From NCBI GenBank assembly GCA_030770535.1, contig JASVEC010000001.1:1550001-1614000 (forward strand): a stretch of 64,000 nt of DNA, given 5' to 3'. The notes below the pieces were generated by a model. It was not told the DNA's origin and did not search any database. It saw only the letters and a list, made by a program, of their open reading frames with translations. Made by a program: the position numbers and the translations under genes. How positions within the stretch are numbered: the first letter of the stretch is position 1; each line of letters begins with the position of its first letter. Of this stretch, positions 26,432-39,856 are shown piece by piece. This DNA comes from Batkoa obscura (taxonomy: Eukaryota).

Positions 26432-28537
26432 TTATTTGATAAATTTCTTTTCAGATAAAATTGAATTAATCAATAGAATACAAAGCGAGGAATCAATAGT
26501 AAAAGCAACGCAAAGGTTATTAATAGAAAAAAGCAATTCCTTACCTTTTTTGATTTGGTTAATTAAATCAGTTTTATAGTTTTGATTAAAATTTGGATAC
26601 TGATCTATAAGGAAAAAGAGACAAATAGTTAATACTGGACACCTTGAAGCAAAATATTTGTTAGTATTGAATATTTGCTCCTCAATATTAAAGATTTCTT
26701 TGCATATTTCTAAACCCAGCTCTACATATTTATTGTGTATTTTTGCATTTGGATATTTTAGCAACGCTTTATTGTGGTACATAAAACCAGATGACAATTT
26801 ATAAACATTTGATTTTAGCTCATCAACAGTTATATCAGTATTTTCTCTACAGCACGAATAACTTGTTTTAAAGGGTATAGTAATAACTGGTATTAAATTA
26901 GGATTTGGTAAAGGTATTTCAAAATCAATATAGAATACTAACTGAATAATTTTCAAGAATGCACATAATGAATGTAAAGATACATAACCTAAGACTGCAA
27001 ATATTGGACGCCACAAAGACTCTCGATCAATAGGTAGTAAGCCCGGCTTAGGAAGGTATGGGCCCAAGTTAGTAATCAAATTATACTGGAAATTTACTTG
27101 TACTTTACGTATTTCTATTAATAGCCAAGAGATACTTTCTATCAATTCGCTACTATTCAAGCTACCATTTAAAACGTTATTTCTAGTAAAACATATGTAG
27201 CTCATTACCCTAGATAAATGTAATAAAGTGCTGCTTATTAACAGCGAACAAGTATTACCAAAGAATGAATTAATGTCCTCTGGATGAAGATTGGTATGTG
27301 AAAACAAAATATTTGGATGAAACTGAAGCTCTTTTTTCTTGAAATAGTATATTACAGAGTAAAATGTGCATGGAACGTTCATTCCTAGAGCTGATAATGC
27401 TTCAAAGTAAATGATTCGATTATATGCCATCCTTCTCTCAATTTTGATCTTGACATTCAGCTTTTTTGGATACTTTTTTTGATGTAATCCTAAACAGTGA
27501 GATATTTCCAGCATCATGCCATAATTGAATTTAATTGGTGATGTACCCCAGTTATAATGTTGTAAACCATGTATGGTAATTAGGATTGCTTGTAAAGAAT
27601 CTAGGCTTGGGTGAATATATGTGCTTCTTAATCCAATATAAACTTGATAATGCAAGTATTTTAATAAGGTTTGATCCTGCTCTTCAGTCGGTAACAGATG
27701 GATTCCGCAAGCCCATAACGCGGATAGTAAGAATACCGATCTTTCTTGTCTCTTGAAGCCACTTTCAAGGAACAGCGGCAGAAATCTATTTACACAATCA
27801 AAATATATTTTTTCAGCTTTCAAAATAATACATTGATGTTTCTCTATCACTTGGTAAAAAGTAGACTTAAAAAAATAAGGTAAAGTTGCTAACGATGAAT
27901 AATCTGCTTTTGATATATCTGGAAGTTGGGCCTTTTTACTTAAATTTAAGAAGCTTTCTAAACCTGGAGTCTTTTTGTCCTGATATAAAGGAAAATTAAA
28001 TAACACTTGAAGAAAACTTATCCAGCCTCCCCTTGGACTATTGAAATTTATGAGCTTGAAAGATTCATTCCATTTATTCAAACTATGAAACGATGTGATT
28101 GTGAAATCTTTCTTTTGAACGTATTTATCGTTTGATTTTTGGCTCTCAATAAATGTAACTCTTGTTTTGAATTTGTCCATAAGTCCCCATTTTTCTACTT
28201 TAAACTCAATACCATCCTGTTGTTTGCTATTCCCATTTTGATCTAATTCTACCTCTCTGAGCGTTTTTGAGCTATCGCAAACTGAGGTAGATTTTGGTAG
28301 TCTTAATAATATATTATGTGTAATAGTTTCTCTTACACTATTTTTTTTTCTACCTGATTTCCTTTGATAGCTGCATTCTTTTTTCCTTATAGTACATGGT
28401 TTACAAGTTGGGTAGGTTCTATCACATTTTCTTTTTCGTTTGTAGCAGTCATTACATGATTGGAATTGAATCTGCTCGATCTTTGAACTACAAGATATTG
28501 AATTAGTGCCTCGTTTTTGAATATCCTTTGAATCCAT
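26432..28537 (-). CDS. Zn(II)2Cys6 (Gal4-type) transcription factor with middle homology region
   Basis: CNDCYKRKRKCDRTYPTCKPCTIRKKEC = CX2CX6CX6CX2CX6C; Fungal_trans-like YFDCVNRFLP, SLDSLQAIL, LGLH..IERRMAY. Confidence 0.95.
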   Translation of the reverse strand: MDSKDIQKRGTNSISCSSKIEQIQFQSCNDCYKRKRKCDRTYPTCKPCTIRKKECSYQRKSGRKKNSVRETITHNILLRLPKSTSVCDSSKTLREVELDQNGNSKQQDGIEFKVEKWGLMDKFKTRVTFIESQKSNDKYVQKKDFTITSFHSLNKWNESFKLINFNSPRGGWISFLQVLFNFPLYQDKKTPGLESFLNLSKKAQLPDISKADYSSLATLPYFFKSTFYQVIEKHQCIILKAEKIYFDCVNRFLPLFLESGFKRQERSVFLLSALWACGIHLLPTEEQDQTLLKYLHYQVYIGLRSTYIHPSLDSLQAILITIHGLQHYNWGTSPIKFNYGMMLEISHCLGLHQKKYPKKLNVKIKIERRMAYNRIIYFEALSALGMNVPCTFYSVIYYFKKKELQFHPNILFSHTNLHPEDINSFFGNTCSLLISSTLLHLSRVMSYICFTRNNVLNGSLNSSELIESISWLLIEIRKVQVNFQYNLITNLGPYLPKPGLLPIDRESLWRPIFAVLGYVSLHSLCAFLKIIQLVFYIDFEIPLPNPNLIPVITIPFKTSYSCCRENTDITVDELKSNVYKLSSGFMYHNKALLKYPNAKIHNKYVELGLEICKEIFNIEEQIFNTNKYFASRCPVLTICLFFLIDQYPNFNQNYKTDLINQIKKGKELLFSINNLCVAFTIDSSLCILLINSILSEKKFIK

Positions 28538-29439
28538 GGTTACAGTTTTGGCTTAACTAACAACTAGATATATGAATAGTTTAATAAAATTTTGTTAATA
28601 AAAATTTTGATCCTTTTATTAATTAATACTTAGAAGAGAGTTTGTCCCACACACCTCCAAATAAGTCAAAAAGTACTAAAAATATTTTAGCACGAAAGCA
28701 TTGTTATTAACAAAATATTGTATTTGTCACAATATATTTTTTACTATCTGTGCTTGACATTAGCCTTTTTAAGACATTTTAATCCCAAGTTCTTTGGTCA
28801 CTTTAGCTTTAATACAGTTCATAATTTTTGAGGGTGGTGCTTAAAAATTTAAGGTAAAAGATGCTAGCTTAAAAAAGTTGTTTGAAAGAAAGTTTAAATA
28901 ATTATATAGAGTTTAAAGGCCAATATGCTAATTAGAATCTGATTGTAATACAATGGCTTAATTAAAAGTATTTCAAAGTTTAATATATAATAGTTCAAAC
29001 ATATTTCTAAACTATTTATTTTTAGGCAATTATTAAACCAAATTACAACACTCTAGATTTCCTTAGCTACAGTCTTTACCTTTAAATTTTATTATTTACT
29101 ACCATCATCTGATATTTGGTTCTTTAATTCTATCACCTGATCAATAATGGTAAAGCCTGGCACATACTATGGTGCTACGCATAACTTTCTTTTAGCAAAT
29201 GTATATTTAGATATAAAATGTTTGATGCTGAGTATTAAATTATATGCTGTATGTATAGATACCGCATATATCTGTTACGTTGAAGTTTATTATTCAATTG
29301 GATTTTCGTAGCAATTTTATTTGGAGTTTACAAGAATGACATGTAAGAATCAATGAATGAAGTAATTTTTAAGAATGTTTAAAAAATGCCAATTTTATAA
29401 GATTCTTTTAAAGTTACCAAAGTTATTTTTTTATCAAAA

Positions 29440-31002
29440 ATGGGACAATCTAATAGTGTTATTTCAGAAGAGAGTAATATTAAGAGCGAAATTCCAAACA
29501 AAGAGATGCTAAAGATAAATCACAGTTTAAGTAAGACCTTTAAAAAGGATACAATGACTTACAATGATTTTAAGGTAAGTGAAATTTCATCTTTAAAGAT
29601 TTAGAATAAATGAAATTAAACTTATTTCAATCAGGATGCTTTAAAGAGAGAATACTTAAATGATGAAATGATTAGGCTGTATTTTATCTTTTTTTTAAAC
29701 CTTGCCAACAAAAGCATTACATCCCAAAATGAAAATGAAAATGACAATGAAAATATGATACTTCACAAAAGGTGGATCATAGCGGGATTACCAACATTAC
29801 TAGGAGGTTTAAGAGACAATAATTTAAGCAAGCAAGGCTTAAGCTTTCTTAAAGGGTTATCAACAGTTGAGGAAGCGGAAATTTTAGGAAGGAGGGAAAT
29901 TGTGAATAGAATTTCAAAGAAGCTTACAGTACTACTTTTGAAAGGTCTGAAAGGCTACATAAGGTTTGTCCTTAAAGAAAGTAGCGTTTTAGAGGATAAG
30001 AACAGCATAAACAATTTGGATAGTTATATTGACGATATGATTTTACTTATAGAAGATTTATATTCTAACACTAATTTAATTCCTGTAAATAATATCAACA
30101 AGCTCTTGCAAAATAACTTCATAAATTGGTTTATTTTATTAGACTCATTAAATAGCAAAGTATTTTCGGATCCAGTAACAAATGAATCGATTTCAAGGTC
30201 ACTTAGTGAAGCAGAAACCATCCCAAATATCGATAGCCCTAGTGAAATTTTAACAAATAGTGACATACTATTTTTAGCTTTATCAATTATCCCCATTCAT
30301 CGTGAGCCTAATTGCAAGCAACATAGGAACGAACTTCGACTATTGTTTCGAACAAGTACTAATGGGTTTAGTACTAATAGATTTGAAACTCATTGTTTTA
30401 TGTACCCAGGGCCAACGTTAACGTTGTTTAGGTCATTATACGGAAAAAAAGAAGAAGAAGTAATTTTAGCTCTTTATTCAGAAGATCCTTGGAAAAGATC
30501 TTCGACCCCATTTTCTAAAGGAAATATAAAGCTTATAGAGCTTTTCCCTAGCCGACGTATATTTATTCCGAAAGAACCTGTAAGTAATAACGACCCTGGT
30601 TTACTTCTATATCACCCAACCAAAGGAATATTGATCGGCAGTCCACCTTTAGTTAAATTAAATAAGGATATGCATAGTTTGTCATATGATATAAGTCAGA
30701 ACTATAGTACTAAAGCACTGTACACTCATATCCCTAAAATCTCATTAGATCCTTACGAACCATTAGAAAATATGGAATTAATCGAGATGGAGGTTTATGG
30801 GTTAGGAGGTAAAAAAGCCAAAGAGGAGCAAAACAAAGAGTGGGAGTTTGAAAAACAAGAGCAAATGAATAGAACAAAAGTGTCTGTGTTATCAGACCCT
30901 CATAATCCTGAAAATAGGATAGTTTTAGAAATGGCCGGCTTAGTTTCAGACAGTCAAAGTATTAATCATTTAAGAGGAACATCTAAAGAAGAAATGAATT
31001 AA
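29440..31002 (+). CDS. RTC5: N-myristoylated TLDc-domain protein (Rtc5/MEAK7 family), 2 exons
   Basis: Exons 29440-29574 and 29635-31002 in frame; MGQSNS myristoylation motif; TLDc LLFRTSTNGFSTNRF..YPGPTL, EMEVYGLGG; C-terminal LEMAGL. Confidence 0.85.
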
Positions 31003-31724
31003 CGTTTTGTGCATTAAGGCTATTTAAATTTCATTTACTACTTTGTAATATCATTGCTGCTAATTTATTGGCAATAATTTCTATGGCACATATTAAGTTA
31101 ACTTTAAATACATAAACAATATAAGCATATATTGCCTTTCTATTAAGCTATGGAAATTAAATTTTAAACATATTTATTTTATTTAAATAAATCAGTAAAA
31201 TGACGAATACTATGCTTTTCAGCATATAATTTAAGGATGTTAATTGCTTTAAATAAATATATGTTAAACCTTTATAAGGTGAATTTTTGAACTAAATAAA
31301 TGATATTATAACAAAAAACTATAATTCGTAATACTTTTCTGTCTGGAAAAAAAAGTTTGGTTGAAAATGCATGCAAGTAAAAAAAACGGCAACAAACTAT
31401 GCTAGTTTTCTAAAATCTATTAGTGTAAGTTTTAGATTTTAAATTTTTTGAGAACATGACTATTAAATCTCAATTGTGCAGTGGTTAATTGCTTATTCTA
31501 AAATTAAAGTGGAAAACAATCTGTAAGTCATAACAATTAGCAAACTATTAGTTATAAAAATCACCGCTAGGAATGCACAATTAAACTTTAACAGCCTAAA
31601 ATCAAGTTTAATTATAAAAATCAAATTTAAAACCATATAATGTACTATTTTGATTTAACAGAATATCTTTAACATTAGAAATAATAGTAAGATCAATTTT
31701 AAATATTTGGGGGAGTTTTTATAT

Positions 31725-31823
31725 GGGGATGTATTTCTATGTTTAAGAATTTTACTAACAATCTTTCCGCTCAAATAGCGCTTAAAAGAAGGAAAAAGTG
31801 ATGAAGTCAAAAAAAACACCCCC
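31725..31823 (-). mobile_element. ~100-bp MITE
   Basis: Family match, TSD ATAT. Confidence 0.85.
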
Positions 31824-32289
31824 ATATATCTTTTAAATTTCTTTTTTAAATTGTTTTTTTTTAATATAAAAGCTTATAATTGTTTTTTATTAATTTTTAT
31901 ATATTAGATTATATAATATTAAAAAATCAAAAACATAAAATTTGATTTTTGAATAATAGTTTATTAAATAAATTTATTACTGCATTAACTAAGTTATCAA
32001 TATTATAATAATTTTTTTGTATTTTAAAAACTAAACAAAATTAAATAAATATAAAATTAAAATATTTATATTTAAATTACTAAAAAACTAATTAAAAAAA
32101 TTAATATTAATACCAAATATAAAATATATAAAAAACTTTTTACTATAATAGCCTTTTTTCAAAATTTTATTATATTTAGTTTTAATAAACTTATTTTATT
32201 TGTGCTATTTTATGTTATTTTTTTATATGATTTTTATTGGTATAAATTATATTTTTGTTTATTTTGAATAACTTGCTTAATTATTATAT

Positions 32290-32387
32290 GGGGATATGTT
32301 TTTTGTTTAAGAATTTTACTAACAATTTTTCCAATCAAATAACGCTTAAAAAATAGAAAAAGTAGTGAAACCAAAAAAAACACCCCC
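32290..32387 (-). mobile_element. ~100-bp MITE
   Basis: Family match, TSD ATAT. Confidence 0.85.
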
Positions 32388-33232
32388 ATATATTATTTTT
32401 TTATTTATAAATTTATTACAAATAGTCAATTAAAAAGCTTTTACCGCTTTTTTCTTAAGCGTTAAATTTTATATTTAATGCTTATAACTGGAAAAGTTTT
32501 TATAATTACATTAATGGCTTTATATTTCTTTTAAAAAATTACTATTAAAACTATTTAATAAGTTTAATATAGATTATCAGATAATACTTATTATGTTTTA
32601 TATTTAATAGTATTTAATAAAATTTTTATGTAGCTAATTTTTAAAACTATTAGAAAAACTAACAATGTTTTTAATATTATTAATTTAACTATTTTATTTC
32701 AAATTTTTTATAATATAGTTAGCATATTTTGTTTAATGTACACAATTTTAGTTTAACTGATTTCTATCTCAAAAAATTAATTTTCAATTGATTTATTAAG
32801 TTTAACTAAAAATTAAATAATATTATCAGCTATAATATATATAAACTTAGTTAAAAAAGTTAAGCTTTAAATTTAGCTTTTTAAGGATAGCATTACTTTT
32901 TATTTTAAAATTAACAAACTTTTAAACAAGATTAATTACTTTTTCAAAAAAATTGAAAAAACTATCAATAAAAAAATCAAACTATTAATGATAAAATTAA
33001 AATTGTTTTTGATAAACTTGATTTTTTATTATTTGTATATTATAAAAACTTTAGTAACTGTTTAGCTTATATTAAATAAACAACTTTTTCTGCTTTTATA
33101 ATAATAATAAAGTTTATAAATTAAAATGAAATTTAATTACTTATAATTAAATTATTAGATAATCAATCATAATTAACTATTTGATCATTTTTAATAATAA
33201 CTTAAAAAAATAAATTAAAATTAATAATAAAC

Positions 33233-33696
33233 TATGAAATATTGCTTTATTAGCTCTCGGATTAATTATAACACAACAATCACTTAAGTTGCTGTGTTCT
33301 TAAGTTCAAACACAATCAAGTCAGAGTCCCTTATTTTGATTTGCTGCGAAAACTTCCAACTTCACATTGCAAAGAATATTATCTTCTCATTTTAATATCT
33401 ATACTTATTGGAGTATAAAACAGATCCTTCAACATGATAACTCGAGGCTTTTTAACTGAACTACTCCCTGATATCGTACCATCAATAAAGCCATTAAGTC
33501 TTTCTGACAATATCTTACGTAGATTTTACAGTAGTAATATCTATTTTATTTGCTTTACATAGTTCATAGCCTATTGCGCACTATTCTTACTAATTTAAGT
33601 CTATCTTAGTTATAAAAACTAAGACTGTTCGACTCAAGGCAAGCTAATCAACCAAGAACTGCTTTTAACTCCTACCACTGGGTACCAACTTTCACA
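33233..33696 (-). mobile_element. Solo LTR-like element, copy 6
   Basis: Near-exact reverse complement of copy 7; no own TSD. Confidence 0.9.
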
Positions 33697-33750
33697 CTAT
33701 TTGAATAGAAAAATTATTAGTAAAATTCTTAAACACAAAAATACATCCTT
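33697..33750 (+). mobile_element. Half MITE abutting LTR copy 6
   Basis: CTATTTG..AGTAAAATTCTTAAACACAAAAATACATCC. Confidence 0.7.
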
Positions 33751-34176
33751 ATCTTTTTTTATAAATTTTATCATATTTAATTTCAATGAACCTATTTTAT
33801 TTTTTAATTGTTTTATTTTTTACTAGTTTTTTATATAATTTATTATTAATACAAATTATATCTTTATATAATTTATATAATTTATTTATTATTGTATATT
33901 ACTTTTTTGTTTATGAACTAATTTCAACTGTTAAAATTAGAATCTTTTAATTTATATAAGTAGTTAACTAAAAAACTTTTATAGCTTTTTTTAAATACTA
34001 AATTTTATATTTATATTAAATTATATCCTTATATTATTTTTATTAAATATCATAAAAATTTATAGTAAATCTTATGTTAAAAAAATTATTTAATAAATAT
34101 AAAATAATAATAGCTTATAAAACTACTTTTTATCTTATAATTTTTATAATATTTAAAATGTTTATTAAGTAAATAG

Positions 34177-34640
34177 TGTGAAAGTTGGTACCCAGTGGTA
34201 GGAGTTAAAAGCAGTTCTTGGTTGATTAGCTTGCCTTGAGTCGAACAGTCTTAGTTTTTATAACTAAGATAGACTTAAATTAGTAAGAATAGTGCGCAAT
34301 AGGCTATGAACTATGTAAAGCAAATAAAATAGATATTACTACTGTAAAATCTACGTAAGATATTGTCAGAAAGACTTAATGGCTTTATTGATGGTACGAT
34401 ATCAGGGAGTAGTTCAGTTAAAAAGCCTCGAGTTATCATGTTGAAGGATCTGTTTTATACTCCAATAAGTATAGATATTAAAATGAGAAGATAATATTCT
34501 TTGCAATGTGAAGTTGGAAGTTTTCGCAGCAAATCAAAATAAGGGACTCTGACTTGATTGTGTTTGAACTTAAGAACACAGCAACTTAAGTGATTGTTGT
34601 GTTATAATTAATCCGAGAGCTAATAAAGCAATATTTCACA
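34177..34640 (+). mobile_element. Solo LTR-like element, copy 7
   Basis: TSD ATAG. Confidence 0.9.
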
Positions 34641-34687
34641 ATAGCAAATTAACAATAATTTATATAATGATTTATTATAGATTATAT

Positions 34688-34786
34688 GTGGGTGTTTTTT
34701 TTGGGTTCATCACTTTTTCCATTTTTTAAGCGCTATTTGAGTAGAATAGTTGTTAATAGAATTCTTAAACAAAAAAATACATCCCC
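34688..34786 (+). mobile_element. ~100-bp MITE
   Basis: Family match, TSD ATAT. Confidence 0.85.
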
Positions 34787-35497
34787 ATATACTTTAATTT
34801 TGATTTTATATATTATTGAATTTAAAAAAATATAATAAAACAGATTATACATTTTTATTAATATTATTTTTTATAATAATAGTGAATTTATTAGTTATCT
34901 TTTTTATAAATTATCATGTTATTTATATATTTGCTATATTTTAAAGTTATTATAAAAAAACTATTATTTTTATAAATAATTAATTTATATTTTGATTTAA
35001 TTTTAACTTACATAAATAAAATTAATTTATATTTATAATTTTAAAGCTCAATAATAATATATTTAAATTAAAATTGTAATTAATACTAATATTAGTTAAA
35101 TTTTAATATGAACCTTTATTTATATATATTTTAATAGCACAGCTAAATAAAACTTTTTTATTAAAATATCATATGCTTTATTTTACTACTTTTTCCATTT
35201 GAATATTTTTTAAACCTTGAAAATAAAATTTTCTAAATGTTTTAGTAATAAAATAGTAGTTAAGTGAGGAAAGCTGATATAAAATCAAATCCTAAACATA
35301 AGCTCAAGCATTTTTTTGCTTGTTTTATAAAAAGATAAAATAAAAACAAAAAAATTTATTTTTATTCTAAGCAAAATTTATAATATAAAAAGCAATGTAA
35401 ATGATGCTATTAAAAAAGCTGAAGGGCTGTATGATAAAAATCTTGTATAATAAAATAGATAGTCTGTGGTTAAAACATTTAATAGCTCTGAAATTAT

Positions 35498-35593
35498 TGG
35501 GATGTATTTTTTTGTTTTAAGAATTTTATCAACAATTATTCTACTCAAATAGCGCTTAAAAAGTGGAAAAAGTGAAACCAAAAAAACATCCCC
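35498..35593 (-). mobile_element. ~100-bp MITE
   Basis: Family match. Confidence 0.85.
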
Positions 35594-38500
35594 ATTGTTT
35601 TACTTTTAGTACTATAATTTAATATTTAAATTTACAACATAACTCAAAGTTTAATCTAATCTTTTTGAAACCTATAAACATGTCGATAATTATAAGCCAC
35701 TATTTTATAAAATTATATTCTAAAATACTTTATAACTTTATTATTAGGCCAACCATCGTTTATTCGAGAAATTTTAGATACTTAATTATAAAAATATAAT
35801 AAGAAACCTCTAAATAATATTAAAGGGTATCTACAAAATTATAAGCATATAAAAAAATTAAAGTTGTTTTATAAATAATTACTATCTATCATCACTTAAA
35901 TTTGTGAAATTCAATACCTTTTGAGTTACAAAATCTATTATTTTGATAATAATAAAGTGGGGTTAGGAATATTTGTTAAGTTGTATAGTAGTTTCTGTGA
36001 ATTTTTACAATACGTTAGTTAAGGTTAATACTATGCTAGTATTTATTGAACTGACTATTTAATCAAAAATTAAGCCAATATTAATAATAGTATATTATTC
36101 CGCTGTTACTATTTTTTATTTACACCGATTACCATTCCAGTTTACTATGAAATATTACAATTTTTAATAAAATGTATCCGAATTACCCGTAATAATTCGT
36201 TTAATATAACAAAAAAGTAAAACAGAGCTTTAACATAAATTAAAGCGAACTCAAGCTTAATAAGTAAAGTAGAGTTCATAACGTAAATAGAGCATAAATA
36301 AAAAGACGATATGTATAGGATTTGGATTAAATTCTTGGAGGATTTTCATCCTGGGAGCTAGTAATTAAGATACATTCAATCAATTAGAAACCAATAAATA
36401 ACAGGTAGAGTATAATAACAGTTCTTTTAATGGTTTGAGTGTGAATTAACGCTGAAGTAAGTGTAGCGGATTTCTTATTCTTAAAGAATATGAATATTAA
36501 AATAAATAATTTAAGACGATAGAATTAGTTTGAGGATATTTATGCATACAATTAGTCCTGATATTAAAAATCCTAGACTTTATGCTTATTTAGCAAATTA
36601 TTGTATATAATGGAAATGGCTGGAATATAACTATTGTAAATAGAAACAAGGAATCAGTTGGCTCGGCTATTATTGTAAAATAGTTGATTTTTTGATATAG
36701 GCTCAAAAAGGTAATTAGTAAATTCATAAAAAATACCTGGGAATAATGTAAACACCTTGAATAGTATACGTGTAACACATTATACATTTTTTAGATTCAC
36801 TGTAGCTCTTTATATCCTTCCTCTATATGATAATTGGTGGCATTCTATATAATACTCCAAATGTATCTTTTAAAAATTCAATCATAGTTTTAAACAGATG
36901 TTAAGTCATTGCCTTATACTGCTTTTATTTGAGCTATGATGAAATACAGTGATTAAAGCAGAGTTACTAATATCATTATAATGACACATTTTGGCAGACG
37001 AGTTACCTATAGCCGAAATATTAAAAAATAGTTACACTTTAAACTGTGCTTTTTTAAGAAGCTATAATAATTTAAGCTTTAAAAAAATTAAAAAATAAGG
37101 CTAGAATGTCATTGAACTAAATAGCTACTTTAACTTATGTTGATTTTTATTTTTAAAATGTGAAATGAAGCTAATAAAGCTTTATTACTTTTATGCTTTC
37201 ATTGCTAATAGTAATTTTATATGTACATAATATCTGTATTTATGACAGAATATAATATATTATATAAAAAGGTATAAATTGGCTATTCAAAATTGGGTAA
37301 ATATCAAGGAAAAACTGCTCAAACTTGCGAGCATTTATTGAAGTAATATTTTTACAAATATCAGGTCGCTTAAATAAGATAGGTAGAAAATATTTAGCCC
37401 AAATATCGGTAAAAAGATCAAAAGTAGGGTTAAGCAATATTTTTAATATGTTTATTTAATTATTGGCTTGATTTTTAATTTTATTTATCTGTTTATATAT
37501 TAAAACTTTTTGGATTAACTTAAATATAGATTGTAAAGTTACTTTGATTTATAAGAAATTAATAATCAGGCCACAATCAGTTTCCTTTTATATTAGTTTT
37601 TCCATTTTGATACTGTGCTAGAATATATCTTGAAAATTTAATATTTGGATAACATGACCCTATATTTTAAGATAGAACCAGATGAGGTTGCTAATAATAA
37701 ACCATTTAATTTTTTAATTTAAGTCTTGTATTTGTCAAATTATCGTTTTTTTTTTAAATCAACATTGAAATTTATAAATTAAAGATGCAGACCTCTATAT
37801 AATGAACTTAATAGCTATATGCTTAATAGGTTGGAATAAATTGGTTGATAGATAATATTTTAAAACCCGGAATCAAAGGAAAGGGATGGCATTCCTGAAG
37901 GAATAGCCTCAATAGCTTACTAACGATCATAAAGTAATATAATACGGGTAAATTTATACTATTTACTTTGCTATTGAATTTACAGCACATTTTTCTTTAC
38001 ATGTTCCCAAAATCCTATACGCAAGTAAGGTAAAATACGTTTATAGAGCGAAAACATTTATCCTTCTTCCCCTATAATTATTAGGGAATTATGTGAATTC
38101 AGTTAGTTTCTTAGTCATGACTATTTAACTACCACTATTATTATAATGACATTCTATTTTTTATAATTCGACTCTTCGGTTAAATTTTATGCTCTCCTTT
38201 TCGTCATGACACTCCAATATTACAACTGAACCAGGCTATCACTTTCAATTTAGATAAATCTTTATTGCTAGATATTCGATGATATATTTAAAATACTAGT
38301 TGTAACCAGCATTTCACGTTGAGTTCTAAACAAAACTATTTTTCTATCAAATGTATATGGAAATTTGGAGTATAAAGTGTCTGCTTACTTTTTTTCTCAA
38401 AAGGTATTGCAATATTAGTCAAAACTATACTTAGATAAACTGTATCTGTTTGTTTACTTTCAATGACCTTTAAACAACTATTGAAGCTAACCCCGTTAAG

Positions 38501-39355
38501 CTAAGGGTTTAATATATAGGTCAATAGAAGACAGGCGTTTTTTATTAATGAGAAAAGGCTTATATAATTAAGATAGTATATGCTTCTGAAAAATTAATTT
38601 AAGTTAGTGGTGTCCTAATAAATTTATTAATGAGGTTACTTTATTGTATATTAGTAAGTTATTTTATTTAAATGATCTATTAAATAGCATCATTTAAACA
38701 GATGTAATTTGAGCGTTTTATCATAATATATTTAATAATTTAATATGGAGATCAAATTTTATAAAAGTATAAAGTCAAGGGTAGGTTAAATTCAGATTTG
38801 CATAGAATAATGTTATTATATCCTGTTTTTTTATTTAGCTTAATCTATATTAATTACGAGCTAACTGTAACTTACTATATACTTGCTTTAATAAATTCAT
38901 ATCTTTATTAGATTATTATATTTATATTTATATTACGTTAATATATTTTTTAATCAATGATTTAATTATAATAAAATAAAGTGTTTGTAAGCATTGTAAA
39001 TATTTTAATATAAATTGCCTAATTTGGTTTTTTGTTTTTCATTAAATGATTTTAATAATAAAAATTACTTTTTATTCTTAACTAAGATCATTCAAAGTTA
39101 AAAAATTACAAAATGTTTTTTGCTTAATTATTCTTTATTAGAATTAAATTTATTATCAATTCATTACATTTTAATTGAACTATAATAATATTTTAATAAA
39201 TATAGTAATTACCCTAATTAACCTTATACTAATATTAGCTCTAATAAATTCAATGTGTTATTATATCATTTACTTTAACCTAACCGTTACAGTATTTAAA
39301 TAGAAAGGATAGAAAAAAAATCAAAATTAAAAAAAATCAAAATTAATTAAATTAA

Positions 39356-39856
39356 ATGACATCCTCATCTTGTAGTATAAATTTCATGCTAAATCCAATT
39401 AGCGAAAGTATTACCCAAAGTGACTATCAAGACCAGCTAGAAGCATCACCTAATAGTATGAACAGTAGCCTATCTGAGATACTTCAGGATCAAAGTAAAT
39501 GGGCTTTTTTAAGTGATTTGGCTTTTAGTGACAATAGTAGTATAGTACCGATCAAACCAAAAAGAAAGAGAGCCTCGGCCTGGCAAATAGAGTTTTTGGA
39601 GAAGGTGTGGGAATATACTTCTTTCCCATCGACATACCAAAGAATCAAGATAGGAATGAAATTAAATATGGCACCAAGAGCGGTGCAAATTTGGTTTCAA
39701 AACAAGAGAAAAGCTCTAAATGTTAGGAGGAACAATAAAAGGAAGGATTTATTGATTAACACTAAAGACTTATCTGGATCAAGTTCAAGCTACCAAACTC
39801 CGCTCAACTCTCCATCTACTTTACAGCCTACAATTAAGAATATTCTAAACGAGTAG
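39356..39856 (+). CDS. Homeodomain transcription factor HD-E (166 aa, intronless)
   Basis: KPKRKRASAWQIEFLEKVW..FPSTYQRIKIGMKLNMAPRAVQIWFQNKRKA; CSINFMLNP at N-terminus and PTIKNILNE at C-terminus. Confidence 0.95.
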   Translation: MTSSSCSINFMLNPISESITQSDYQDQLEASPNSMNSSLSEILQDQSKWAFLSDLAFSDNSSIVPIKPKRKRASAWQIEFLEKVWEYTSFPSTYQRIKIGMKLNMAPRAVQIWFQNKRKALNVRRNNKRKDLLINTKDLSGSSSSYQTPLNSPSTLQPTIKNILNE

